A program made the position numbers and the translations under genes. The notes beneath the pieces are model-generated. The model saw only the letters and a program-made list of their open reading frames with translations, did not search any database and was not told where the DNA came from. A DNA stretch of 20,000 nucleotides from Rozella allomycis CSF55 (Eukaryota): contig KE560384.1 of assembly GCA_000442015.1 (NCBI GenBank), positions 109,189-129,188 on the forward strand, given 5' to 3'. Positions 9,549-20,000 of this stretch are shown here, one piece after another (the first letter of the stretch is position 1; every line of letters starts with the position of its first letter).

Positions 9549-12514
9549 TTATTTCTGTACTTCGTAGCCAGCATAGCCATGGGGATTTGCTTCTCTTATG
9601 ATACGAAGAAAAACATCTTCCAATGTTGAATGAGAAATACCCCACGCTTTAATTAGTCCTAATCAATACTATCAATCTTCTTATACCGTCTGGATTGGTT
9701 TCAAGATAATCTACAAATTTGGGAATATATGGAACTTCATTCGGTGAGATGTTGTAAATTAATGATCCTGCTGTTTCATCTTCTAATTTGGCTTCTCTCA
9801 TCCTTGCAGATACCTGATCTTTAACTTTATTTGAGTTTTTAGGGGAAATAACTAGAGAAATTCGGTACCCTGAACCAAACCTTGCCTTGAGATTTATAGA
9901 TGACCCTAAAGCCCGGATACGACCATGAGCCATGATCGCAATTTTATCACCCAAAACATCGGCTTCTTCCATTGAATGTGTAGTTAAAATTACAGCCCTG
10001 TCTTTTTTAAACTCTTCAATGAATGTCCAAACATGTCGTCTATTTAATGGATCCATTCCAGTTGTGGGTTCATCCTACAGAATTGTTAATTATCATTAAA
10101 TACCATGTAAACAACGTGAGGATCACCTAGCGTACTTAATATCAAAGATAATCGTCGTTTCATTCCTCCGCTGAAAGTTTTAACATGAGCGTTCACAACC
10201 TATTAAAATATTTACTACAAAAATACTTTATCCAGTTTGACCATGCTTATCCTTTCTTTCATCGTTTTTCTAACTTTGCTCAAAGAAAGGTTCTTTATTC
10301 CCGCGTAAAGCTCAACATGTTCCCAGGGTGTTAAATCTTCAAACAAAATATCAAACTTGGTTATCAAATTTGTTTGAATGATTACTTGAGGACAAACTCC
10401 CATAATTTCACGTATTTTATGCATTTCAAATCTAACACTAAAGCCAAAAATAAATGCATCCCCGTCTGTTAGTCGAACCGCCCCTGCAAGAATGTTTTGG
10501 AGAGTGCTCTCTTAATATCAATCAGTAAGATTTACTTTGCCAGCTCCATTTTGTCCCAAAAGAGCCAATAATTTCCCATTTTCAAGAGTTAAACAAACAT
10601 GATTCACAGCTAGTTTGGATTTAACCGATGAAAATATTCCAGATGAATAAACTTTCTTCAAATTTGTTATTCTTATTGCAAATAGCTTTCTCAAGTCAAA
10701 TGCCTCGTCTCGTTCTTTTTCAACGTCAACATCCTCGTTGTATGGCTATATTTTGGCTTTAACGATTATACTATTTTTATTTTTTGACTATTTTTTAATT
10801 GTCTCATTGCTCTGGAATGGGTGAATGCATGAAATCCATAATAAGCTGGGTTCAAGAAAAACAGCGGACCTTTTCTATTTCCGATCGCATCAGGGAAAAC
10901 TCTATCAAAATATCTATCAAAATTCTGTCATGAAATTACAATGCGAGAATAAAATAAATGCCTGACAATACAAATAGACATACAAGTGACTCTATTGTTG
11001 GAGGAATGTATGGTGAGTCTCCATAATTCGGGATATAAACTTCAGGCAAAGGAATAAAAAGATCTTTCATCCTGAATCCAGGTCCAGCTACTATCATTTC
11101 ACTAATTGAGTATTTGAACAATCTATTACGTCACTGGATCTAACGGTCCCTGAGCCAATTGTTTTATATCTGTAGTTATTTTTCCAAAGTGAAAAAATGG
11201 AATGGCGTAGAAAAGGTACTTAATGATACTTGGAGTTATTTTTGACCACCATAGGTATGCCAAGTATGTTTCAGAGAATATTATGGACGTGAAAATCAAC
11301 CCCACAATGAAAACTCCAATCCCACAAAGCAAAGCTGTTTTAATTTTTAAGCAGAAAGTAGTTATCAAATAGCCCAAATTTATCATGGCTAAATTGAATG
11401 CAAAGAGTGTAACAAAAATAACCTATCTTATACGCAGAAATATAGTACTATAAAATCTGTATTTCTGATTAAATCAAATTTAAAAATGTATCCCAATGCA
11501 ATAGTGACTAGTCCGTTAATCGCCGCCAAGGTTGAATGGAAAAGCAGCCAACTCAGCCAGTAAGAAATGGACTATATCTATTATAACGTAAACCGCTACC
11601 TTCAGTCCCATCATGTCCATACTAACTCTTGTCTTTCTATCTTTATCAAGCATGACATGGTTTATCAAAGCCATAAAAATAAACATAGATGCACTGTATG
11701 TAAACGATAGGATAAATCTGGAAACAACTTGATCGGAATAACCCAAAGAGGGAATAACCGGCCAATCACGAACGGTCACATCGATATTCAATGGGTTGGA
11801 ATTACCATCTCCACTAGTTAGGACAGTAATGATTGCCTCATCTATTCCTCTGATCAAGGAGTGAAGAGATGATCCAAAAGAATCAATTGCATGTCCATCC
11901 GAACTCTTTTGGCGGACTAGTGTAGAGTTATACCAAATTAAATATTGAAAATTGGAACTATCTTGACTAAACGTAATTCCGAATTGGGTAATGTTCGGAT
12001 TCACTAGAACGTATTGGTAAAGAAATTGTTCATTTGGTACAGCCACAGCNNNNNNNNNNNNNNNNNNNNNNNNNNNNNNNNTCTATGAAAATTATGTATT
12101 TAATCTACTTGTCAATGGCGATGAATACAGCGATGTCGGGTTACCGCCAATACTCTGAAGTCTTGCGTTGTTCTTGGTTATGAAGGTTTGTATTATGTTG
12201 TCGTTTATTGAAGATTTTGGTGTGTACATTATGTCAATGCAGTTCCCCTTTTTCATAATCATTTAGGTTTTTACTGGACAGCTAATCAATGGGCTCAAAG
12301 AGCTCGAAGGCGGATTGTAATTGTATGTTTTAATCGCGTTACTTTCAATTGATTGTAATGACCAAAGAATGATGTATATTAGTGTGGGAGCTATAACCAA
12401 TTGTACAATAGTGGCTTTCCAATGCCTCATCTAATATAAATTTGAATAAATATGTACAGCCAATATTATATTCTTTTTGAATAATACATATGTTTGCAAA
12501 AAATAGAGAAACAT
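9549..12514 (-). CDS. Half-size ABCA transporter (one TMD, one NBD), ~870 aa. Introns: 9659-9686, 10075-10103, 10200-10226, 10356-10385, 10509-10535, 10746-10771, 10914-10939, 11102-11129, 11423-11448, 11572-11599, 12083-12108, 12248-12274, 12431-12457
   Basis: N-terminus QTYVLFKKNIILA|MRHWK, MMGLK|SISYWLSW, GQNGAGK|ST, CPQ|FD, FSGGMKRRLS, YM|DEPTTGMDP, LTTHSMEEAD and STLEDVFL. Spans a 32-N gap. Confidence 0.9.
12050..12081. other. Assembly gap (32 N) inside the ABCA gene
   Basis: Run of N. Confidence 0.99.
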
Positions 12515-12643
12515 TGTATGTTTGGACTAATGAAATTTTGGATTTCGCTATTTGCAAGTTTCTTTCTCAGCGCAATAATATGTATCAGGTTCATTGAATT
12601 GAATTCGGCTTTGCCATACATGTTTTCTTGCTCAATAATTGAC

Positions 12644-12702
12644 AATGAAGATTTTCGACTTCAAAAATAAATNAATGAAGATTTTCGACATCAAAAATAA
12701 AT
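12644..12702. other. 29-bp duplication around a single N (assembly artefact)
   Basis: 12644-12672 and 12674-12702 are identical except T12660/A12690. Confidence 0.9.
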
Positions 12703-12705
12703 TTC

Positions 12706-15415
12706 ATGGATTTGTTGAGACTCGATTTTCAAAAGGAAATAGCTATAGATATATCAGATAATGATGCACTTTTTGTATTAGCCAAGGGAATAGGTCACGA
12801 TTCAATAATATCAACGTTGTTAAAAGCGTTTGCGTCACCACAGGTCCTTGTGTTCCTTGTACACGCATCATCTGAACAGGAACAATCATTTATTTCTATT
12901 TTTAAAGCGCAGGGATGGGATTTAAATAATTTCAAATGTGTTAATTCTGACCTTACTTCCAAGGCAAGGTAAAGATCATTAGCCTTAATCAAAGATCTCA
13001 AATGTATGAAAAGGGTGGTGTTTTTAGTATAACATCGAGAATTCTAGTCATGGATTTGTTGAAAGAGCATATTCCCATTGAAAAAACCACAGGGATGTTG
13101 ATATTGAATGCACATACAATTACTGATGAAACATTAGAAGCATTCGCTATGAGGTTATATCGGCAAAAGAATAAGAATGGATTTATTAAAGCGGTTACTG
13201 AAAAAGCGGAAGGATTGACTATTGGATTTGCAAGGTTGGAAAAAACTCTGAAATGTTTGTATTTAACAGATGTAAAGTTTTATCCACGATATGAAGTTCG
13301 AATCGCTCAGCAGTTGGAAGAAAAAGAGACAGAATTGATAGAAATAAATATTGGAATGACTGATAAGATGAAAGACATTCAATTGGCTTTGATAGAAGTT
13401 ATGGATAAATGTATAAAAGAATTAGCCAAGATGCACAAAGAACTAAATATTGAAGAAATGAATGTAGAAAATGGATATTTTAAACATTTTGATGCAATAA
13501 TTAAACGACAACTGGATCCAATATGGCACACAGTTGGTTTGCGTTCCAAACAATTAATGTCAGATTTGGTCGATTTAAGGAATTTAATACAGTAATATTA
13601 AAATAATTTCATTTAAATAGCTATTTGAATAGTACAGACTGCGTAACATTTTACTCGTATTTGGAAACGATTCTAACGAGCCAAAAAATGAATGAAATGG
13701 GAACGAGTTGGGTTTATTTTGATGCTGCAAATGTTGTGTTTGAGCTTGCCAAAGAAAGAATAGTAGAAAAGAGCCAAGGAAAGCTTAAGCTGACTTTAGA
13801 GAAGAATCCTAAATGGGATGTTTTGAATCAAGTTTTAGATGAAATTAAACAAGAAACTGCAAATTTAGATCAACAAAGAATATTGATTTTAACTCAAGAT
13901 TCCAAACATTGTAGACAGCTGAAGAAATTACTTGTTGATGGGCCGAATAAACTTTTGCGTGAAGTGATACAAGAAAATGAGAATCTTAAAAGCCAATTGA
14001 GGCCCATTCTGGATGTTGGGTTGATTAAAGAACCTTTGGAAAAGAAACGGAAGCGAGAACTTCGAATGCCTGAAATGAACAATGTTGATTTGGTGTAAAT
14101 TTACATTTAAATTATTTTTAGTAAATTGCTGGTTGAGGAGCCAATTGATTATGAAAGTTCTGTTCAAACTGAAGACAAGGAGTTTAAAATCATTGATGAG
14201 CCGATTATAAGAATTCAAACATTTTCAGATATAAAGTTTGGCTCAATATTGAATGAATTTATGCCTGATTTTATTATTCTAATGGAACCCCATTTAGAAA
14301 CAATTCGATTCATTGAAGTAAATAGCTGAAATCAAAGTCATTAGACTTTCAATGCTACATTCAAAGAACATTCTTTAAGAATTTATTTATTTTCTTATGA
14401 ATATTCTGCAGAAGAGCAAAAATATCTTACATCAGTTAGACGTGAGAAAGATGCATTTCAACGTTTAATTAGAGAAAAATCTGTACATATTTAACTCTTT
14501 ATATTCATAGGTTATGGCTGTCGGTAAAGAACAAGATGGAAAAGTTCAGCTCATTGATGACGATGACTTGACAAATGTTAACACTAGAATAGCTGGCGGA
14601 AAAGTTGAATTTGAAGCACATAAAGTAAAATTTCATTGTTTGTTAAAAACTTGATAATTATTGATTCGAGAGAATTTCGAAGCTCTCTTCCTTCAATCCT
14701 GCACAAGAAGAACATTGACATTGAGCCGGTCACTATCGAAGTTGGAGATTATATTCTCACACCCAAAATATGTGTAGAAAGAAAATCTATTCCTGATTTA
14801 ATATCATCATTGAATACTGGACGGCTGTATACCCAAGTGGAAGCGATGTGTAGATATTATGATCATCCTATAGTCCTAATTGAATTCGATCACCAAAAAG
14901 CATTTTCTTTACAAGTAGTTTAATTTTTATCTATAATTATTAGTCACAAGAGTTTTATTCCTCTGAAATCAATTCTACTAGCGTATCGTCTAAACTCGCC
15001 TTGCTAATACTTCATTTCCCAAAATTAAGACTGATTTGGTCTTCAGGAGTTTACGAAACTGTTGAAATCTTTATGGATCTCAAAAAAGGTCAAGAACAGC
15101 CAGATTTAAATAAAGTTTTACTCACAGGTGGAGATTCTTCAATAGAAAATGATGAATCGACTAACTTTCTCTTCAAAGTATAAAATCATGAATCAAATTG
15201 ATAGGATATTTTGCTAACTACGCCAGGTGTTACNGGATATTTTGCTAACTATGCCAGGTGTTACCATTTACAATGTTAGGACAATTTTGCAATCAGTCAA
15301 GAATTTGAAAGATTTGTCTAACAAAGATTTGAAGTCTTTAAAAGCCTTAATAGGGGATGGCCCTGGAGAAAAGTTACATTCATTTATACATAAAAACTGG
15401 ACAAACAAGAATTAA
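12706..15415 (+). CDS. RAD1: XPF/Rad1/ERCC4 endonuclease, ~818 aa; exons 12706-12968, 12995-13591, 13621-14094, 14122-14317, 14345-14482, 14511-14624, 14654-14914, 14944-15177, 15205-15415 (minus a 31-nt artefact)
   Basis: [63 protein letters not shown] (ERKxxxD nuclease motif) and C-terminal HhH MPGV...IG. Confidence 0.95.
15204..15264. other. 30-bp duplication around a single N (assembly artefact, false frameshift in XPF)
   Basis: 15204-15233 and 15235-15264 differ only at C15221/T15252. Confidence 0.9.
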
Positions 15416-15486
15416 GTATTAAAGAATAAAAGATTTCTTCATTATTTAAAAGTGTTCCCTTCATATTTGTTTTTCTTAACAACCTC

Positions 15487-16452
15487 ATGATCAATGAAAA
15501 TGTAAACTTTCATATAAACCTAAACAAGGTCAATTATGAGAGACTAAAGACCTGGTCCAAATATTTAAACTTAGAATGGCACCCGTTTCTAGCAAAGAAA
15601 TATTTTGAAATAGTGCAAAATAAAAGGGAATGTGCCTACCATCACAAAATTATCAATGATTCTCATAGAACTCTAAAGACTTGTACCGATTTCAAACAGA
15701 AGGTATCAGATACATCAATTACCCGCGTTTTAAATGCTTCGGTGCATTTATTAGAAGAAGTTAACAAGCATGGTAATAATTTACACAAAGAGACACCTTA
15801 GACGACTATAAATTCACGTACGTCCAGGGAATGAATGTTTTACTTGCGCCTTTCATATTTGAGTTTGGCGAAGCACCATCATTATTCATGTTTTCCAAAT
15901 TCATTCACATTGTATGCCCCACATATGTTCAACCGCAGTTGCAGGGTGTCCATGCATCAATTAAAGTATAAATGTAACTATAATGTACCTAGTTGTTTGA
16001 CGAGATATTTAAAAGATGTGATGAAGAACTGTACAATTATTTAAAGAGTAAAAATATTTCTAGCCAGATCTTGGCTTTTGCTCGTAATTAACTGCTTTTT
16101 ATAAGTACAGCATTAATGACTTTTTCAGCGTGCCTATCTCCTTTTGACGAAGTTATTAAATTATGGGATTACTTTATGACCTATGGGTTCCATTTACATA
16201 TTATTTCATTCGTTTGCAACATTGTAAAACATAGAGAGGAATTATTGGCGACAAAAACGTAAATATATTTTTCAGTCAGTTAATCATAGTCCTAGCAATT
16301 TACTAAGAGCAAATTGGCCAACCGTAGATGCTAGCTTTTTGATAAAGGCAACATCGGCTTGTGCGATGACAATTTCAGGCCAGTTTATGAATTTGCTTAA
16401 ATCTCACATGATCGATATGAAGGTATGTGCAGAAATAAATAACGAATGTTAA
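15487..16452 (+). CDS. BUB2: Bub2/Cdc16 TBC-domain GAP; join(15487..15501,15529..15772,15802..15965,15993..16083,16111..16258,16290..16452), 274 aa
   Basis: KIINDSHRT (Arg finger), RVLNA, YVQGMNVLLAPF (Gln finger), CPTYV..LQGVH and EVIKLWDYFMTYGFHL. The first intron is less certain. Confidence 0.88.
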
Positions 16453-16531
16453 TGAATAATTCATGTAATGTTCCCATAACACTGAACACTCCTCAGTTGT
16501 CACAATTTTAGGCTAAATATACCCATCGTTA

Positions 16532-16680
16532 TGTCATGTATTTGTGTACATGACACCAAAAATATTCAGATCAAATCGGGAATTCAGGGGTCAGCCATTC
16601 GCTCCCATCTAGGAGTTTCATCGGAACGGTCGATTTTGGAATTCGCACATAATCACCTTGTACCCAAAACCAATTTATTG
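16532..16680 (-). ncRNA. Candidate Sm-class snRNA-like RNA, class unassigned
   Basis: Two stem-loops, then AATATTTTTGG (16566-16556), then a perfect 9-bp terminal hairpin (16555-16532). Lies in an unusually long tail-to-tail gap. Confidence 0.35.
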
Positions 16681-16716
16681 AAAATTGATGATATATAATT
16701 GCTCGTTTTGCTAGAT

Positions 16717-17153
16717 CTATGATATTCTTTGATAAATTCTTTGACTCTGTATCCTTTGGTTCCTGTTTTTTCTCCAATTTACGATCACCAATGCAAAAAT
16801 ACCAAACATCAAATTCACAAGATGGAATGTCCAAAAATGTATTTTCTTTGCATCGGGCATTGCGCATTCTTTAAAAGAATCAACTAGCAATGTTTTGTTT
16901 GCGCTCGCAAATATTTCTTCTAACAACTTTTTATCATTCTCATCAACTGGCTTATTATATGGCAAGCATTGAACAGGATATCTGTATTTCGTTGAAATGC
17001 AAGAAGGCTTTCTTAAATCCTGTCGGTTTGGAATGTGATTCTTACCTCATCATTACAGGCACTGCAAGGGCCAGTCTTTTTGCACAAGTAAAAAGTATCC
17101 GCACATTGTGTTGCTATTGTAAAGAGCAATACTATCAATAAAAACAACCGCAT
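16717..17153 (-). CDS. JTB-like small type-I membrane protein; complement(join(16717..17019,17046..17153)), 136 aa
   Basis: Signal peptide MRLFLLIVLLFTIATQC, six-Cys ectodomain, FWTF-led TM helix and basic tail WRKNRNQRIQSQRIYQRIS. One 26-nt intron. Family assigned from remembered JTB architecture. Confidence 0.7.
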
Positions 17154-17168
17154 GCGCCACACCCGTAA

Positions 17169-19979
17169 ATGGCTGAAAACAATATTCCTCGAGAAGAAAA
17201 ACCAAAAGAGTCAAAGAAAAGAAGATTTTATCGGCGCAAGAATAATAATGCAAAGAAAGATGCTGCCAACGATCCGCTGGACGCATCTACCGATACTGTT
17301 GCCTCGGTTGAAACTAAGAGCATGAAAATGACAAGAGAATCTAAATACTCAAAACCTCCTAAATCTATTTACATACCAAAAATCGACATTCAACAGTACG
17401 AAGGATCGGGACTAACTAGTACGATGTGTAAATCGCTTGCCGAACATTCTTATGAATGTCCGATCTGTTATTCGGAATTAAACTCTAAAAAAGATAAGAT
17501 CTTTTCATGCAAGACTTGCTATTCCCTATTCCATATACCGTGCCTTGAAAGCTGGCGACAAAGTTCAGAAGGAGATAGCTGGAGATGTCCCAAATGCAAT
17601 TGTCAATATCCAAAGAACTTAAAGTTGCTATTTTTCTGTTACTGTGGTCGAATTAAGAATCCAAGGCCTAATGATATGCTGTTACCGTTTTCATGTGGTA
17701 AGATGTGTGGGAAAAAGCGAGGAGAGAGATGCAGGCATTTATGCACACTTCAATGTCATCCCGGGTAAGCTAAGTTAAGTTTCGTAATGTAGACCCTGCC
17801 CTCCTTGTACTTCGATGGGCCCCCTTTCGTTTTGTGGATGTGGAAAACAAGCATTTCAGAAACTTTGTGTAGATACAACGACATTTGAAAGTTGCGGACA
17901 AGTTTGTGAGAAAGTGTTGAATTGTGGAATACATAAATGTGCAAGGGTATGTCATTCTGGGGAATGCGAGCCATGTGATATAAAAGTTCAAGTGGAATGT
18001 TACTGCGGAAAAGAAAATTGTTTAAAGAATTGTCAAAAGTTTAAAGAAAAACGTGAAGAGTCTCGTGTTGGATCTTATTCGTGCCATCAGAAATGTGAAA
18101 GGCCCTTGGGATGTGGTGTTCATAAATGCCAATTGATATGTCATTGTGGAGACTGCCAAAGTGAATGTTCATTTTCTCCAAAATTTGTGAAAACATGCCC
18201 ATGTGGGAAGAAAACTGTAGAGTCTATTTTGGGGCATTCCAGAACAGCATGTACAGATCCAATTCCAGTCTGTGAATCGTTGTGTAATAAAACCTTGGAG
18301 TGTGGACATAAATGTCAATCAAATTGTCATTTAGGAGAATGCTCACCATGTGCTGTTACGGTTACCAGAAAGTGCCGATGTGGACGAAGCGAAAAGACTA
18401 CGTTATGTTCAGATTCAATTGAAGAATATTTGTGTGATTTTCCATGCAGACAATTTAAGATTTGTGGACGTCATCATTGTAAACTAAATTGTTGCCCACT
18501 TTCATTCAAAAACAAAAAGGGTCGAAAGGTTATTCAAGAGAATGACGAGGCTTTGGAAATATTTTATCATTCGTGTGAGTTGACTTGTAATAAATTGCTA
18601 CCTTGTGGCAATCATTACTGCAAAGANAATTGCTAACTTGTGGCAATCATTACTGCAAAGAAAAATGTCATAGAGGGCCATGCGGTACTTGTTTAGAAGC
18701 GTCTTTTGTTGAGTATGTTTGTCCATGTGGTGGAACAGTAGTGCATCCGCCACTGCCATGTGGATTTAAACCACCTTCATGTCCTCTTCCATGTCATCGG
18801 TTCTTAAATTGCGGTCACATTCCATCACCTCATCCCTGCCACCCTGACGAAATTCAGTGTCCTCCTTGTAATGTGCTTGTTAATAAGGAATGCTTATGTG
18901 GTCAGAAGAAGGATTGTTTGGTTCCTTGTTATCGCCAACTTAACATTGCATGCACAAATACATGTCCATTCATTTATTCACTGTGTGGTCATAGATGCAC
19001 CAAATTGTGTCATCCAAGAAATGAGCATTACAGATGCGAACAAAAGTGTGATAAACTCCTGCCCTGTGGTCACACGTGTAACATGCAGTGCCATGTTGGC
19101 GAAGCATGTCAAGAAAGTTGTGAAACATTAATAGAGAATCAATGTCCATGTGGAAGAATTAAGACTTTGTTTAAATGCTCTGAATTGGTGCCAATAGAGT
19201 GTGACAGTGAATGCAAAAGATTGATTAGAAATGCAATTCTAGCAAAGGCACTATCAATCAAAGAAAAGGATGCACCTGAATGTGATCAGAAACCCTTCCA
19301 AGATTCATTTATTTCTTACGCTCAAAGAAACATAAATTTCATTCTTGAAATCGAAGAGGCATTTGAACAATTCATACAGTCGAATAGTTTTGAATTCAGA
19401 TTCAAGCCAATGAAGGCGGGCTATAGACAGGCTATCCATGAGTTATCAGAATATTATAATCTATTGTGTTACAGCGTAGATGCAGAGCCAAAGAGAAGTT
19501 GCATCATCGCTAGAAACCCTAAACTAAACCCCTGCATTCCAACATTTAAATTATCAGAAGTTTCAAAAAATCCAGAATTGAATCCCGCCAAAAAAGAAGA
19601 AAGTTTAGATCCTTGTCCTTATAATTCAATAGTGCTGGCAATCTCTTCAATTGATGAAGAGATGATATTGAACACATTAAAAGAGATTGATGATAGTGTG
19701 GAATGGTCCATCAAGTAATAATTTGCTTTAAATGCTAATTAAAGAAATCACGCTAATGTTAATTTTGTTTACGCGGCCAAAACGACACATGATGTTACAA
19801 TGAAAAGAATCAAGAGGAAATTGTCAAAAAGGATCGGCTGCAGATGCTACTTTGCAAATTGTAAGCATTTTATTTTACTTTTAATAGTCATGGAAAATAA
19901 TCTGGTTTTTGATGTTGAACTATTGAAACCGCGCAATGTGGAATTACCGGATCAAATGAGTCAATTGTCAATGCTATAA
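17169..19979 (+). CDS. NFX1: NFX1/FAP1 RING + NF-X1 zinc-finger + R3H protein, ~896 aa; join(17169..17764,17793..19714 minus a 35-nt artefact,19745..19860,19888..19979)
   Basis: YECPIC...SCKTCYSLFHIPC..W...WRCPKC RING, many CGxHxCxxxCHxGxC repeats, R3H FKPMKAGYRQAIHELSEYY. The last two exons are inferred from intron pattern only. Confidence 0.92.
18593..18661. other. 34-bp duplication around a single N (assembly artefact, false frameshift in NFX1)
   Basis: 18593-18626 and 18628-18661 differ only at C18601/A18636. Confidence 0.9.
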
Positions 19980-20000
19980 TAAAAAATTATACAAATTAAC

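Noticed and set aside
16590..16630. SECIS or hammerhead ribozyme (CGATGA...GAA on the minus strand)
   Set aside because: The helix is too short and lacks an apical AA for SECIS, the upstream gene has no in-frame TGA, and the hammerhead CTGATGA/GAAA core is not matched.
16571..16867. 98-aa minus-strand ORF as a separate gene
   Set aside because: It overlaps the JTB-like exon out of frame and has no recognisable features.
15204..18661. Real or programmed frameshifts in XPF and NFX1
   Set aside because: Both coincide with single-N overlap duplications, and removing one copy restores the frame.
1955..18871. Shadow ORFs in the track (1955-2257, 2833-3399, 3017-3247, 3431-3637, 3798-4194, 5773-6108, 12795-13001, 13894-14218, 15835-16044, 16890-17286, 17756-17991, 18871-19131)
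   Set aside because: Antisense or off-frame to well-supported genes, with no recognisable motifs.
269..19979. Pseudogenes, alternative genetic code or stop readthrough as the cause of fragmented ORFs
   Set aside because: Nearly every break is resolved by a 24-32 nt GTA intron that restores conserved motifs under the standard code.

Overview
AT-rich, extremely compact eukaryotic DNA; the proteins look fungal/opisthokont, and a Rozella-like early-diverging fungus is my inference. I reconstructed 13 protein-coding genes by hand, in order: mitochondrial carrier (5' exon only), TVP15-like, HAS1, kelch + Tudor-knot protein, C8orf76-like, TRM11, orphan type-I membrane protein, UBC7, half-size ABCA transporter, RAD1/XPF, BUB2, JTB-like and NFX1/FAP1. 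They are split by 56 tiny introns (24-32 nt, mode 27, all starting GTA), which is why the ORF track is fragmented. Main highlights: (i) two introns in conserved motifs that only splice correctly at non-AG acceptors (GT-GG in TRM11, GT-TG in XPF), suggesting length-driven 3' splice-site choice; (ii) two divergent genes whose start codons overlap in one CATG; (iii) a GCCAC/GTGGC motif next to many start codons; (iv) a candidate Sm-site snRNA-like RNA at ~16532-16680; (v) single-N duplications that expose probable heterozygous SNPs. All splice models are manual and lack transcript support.
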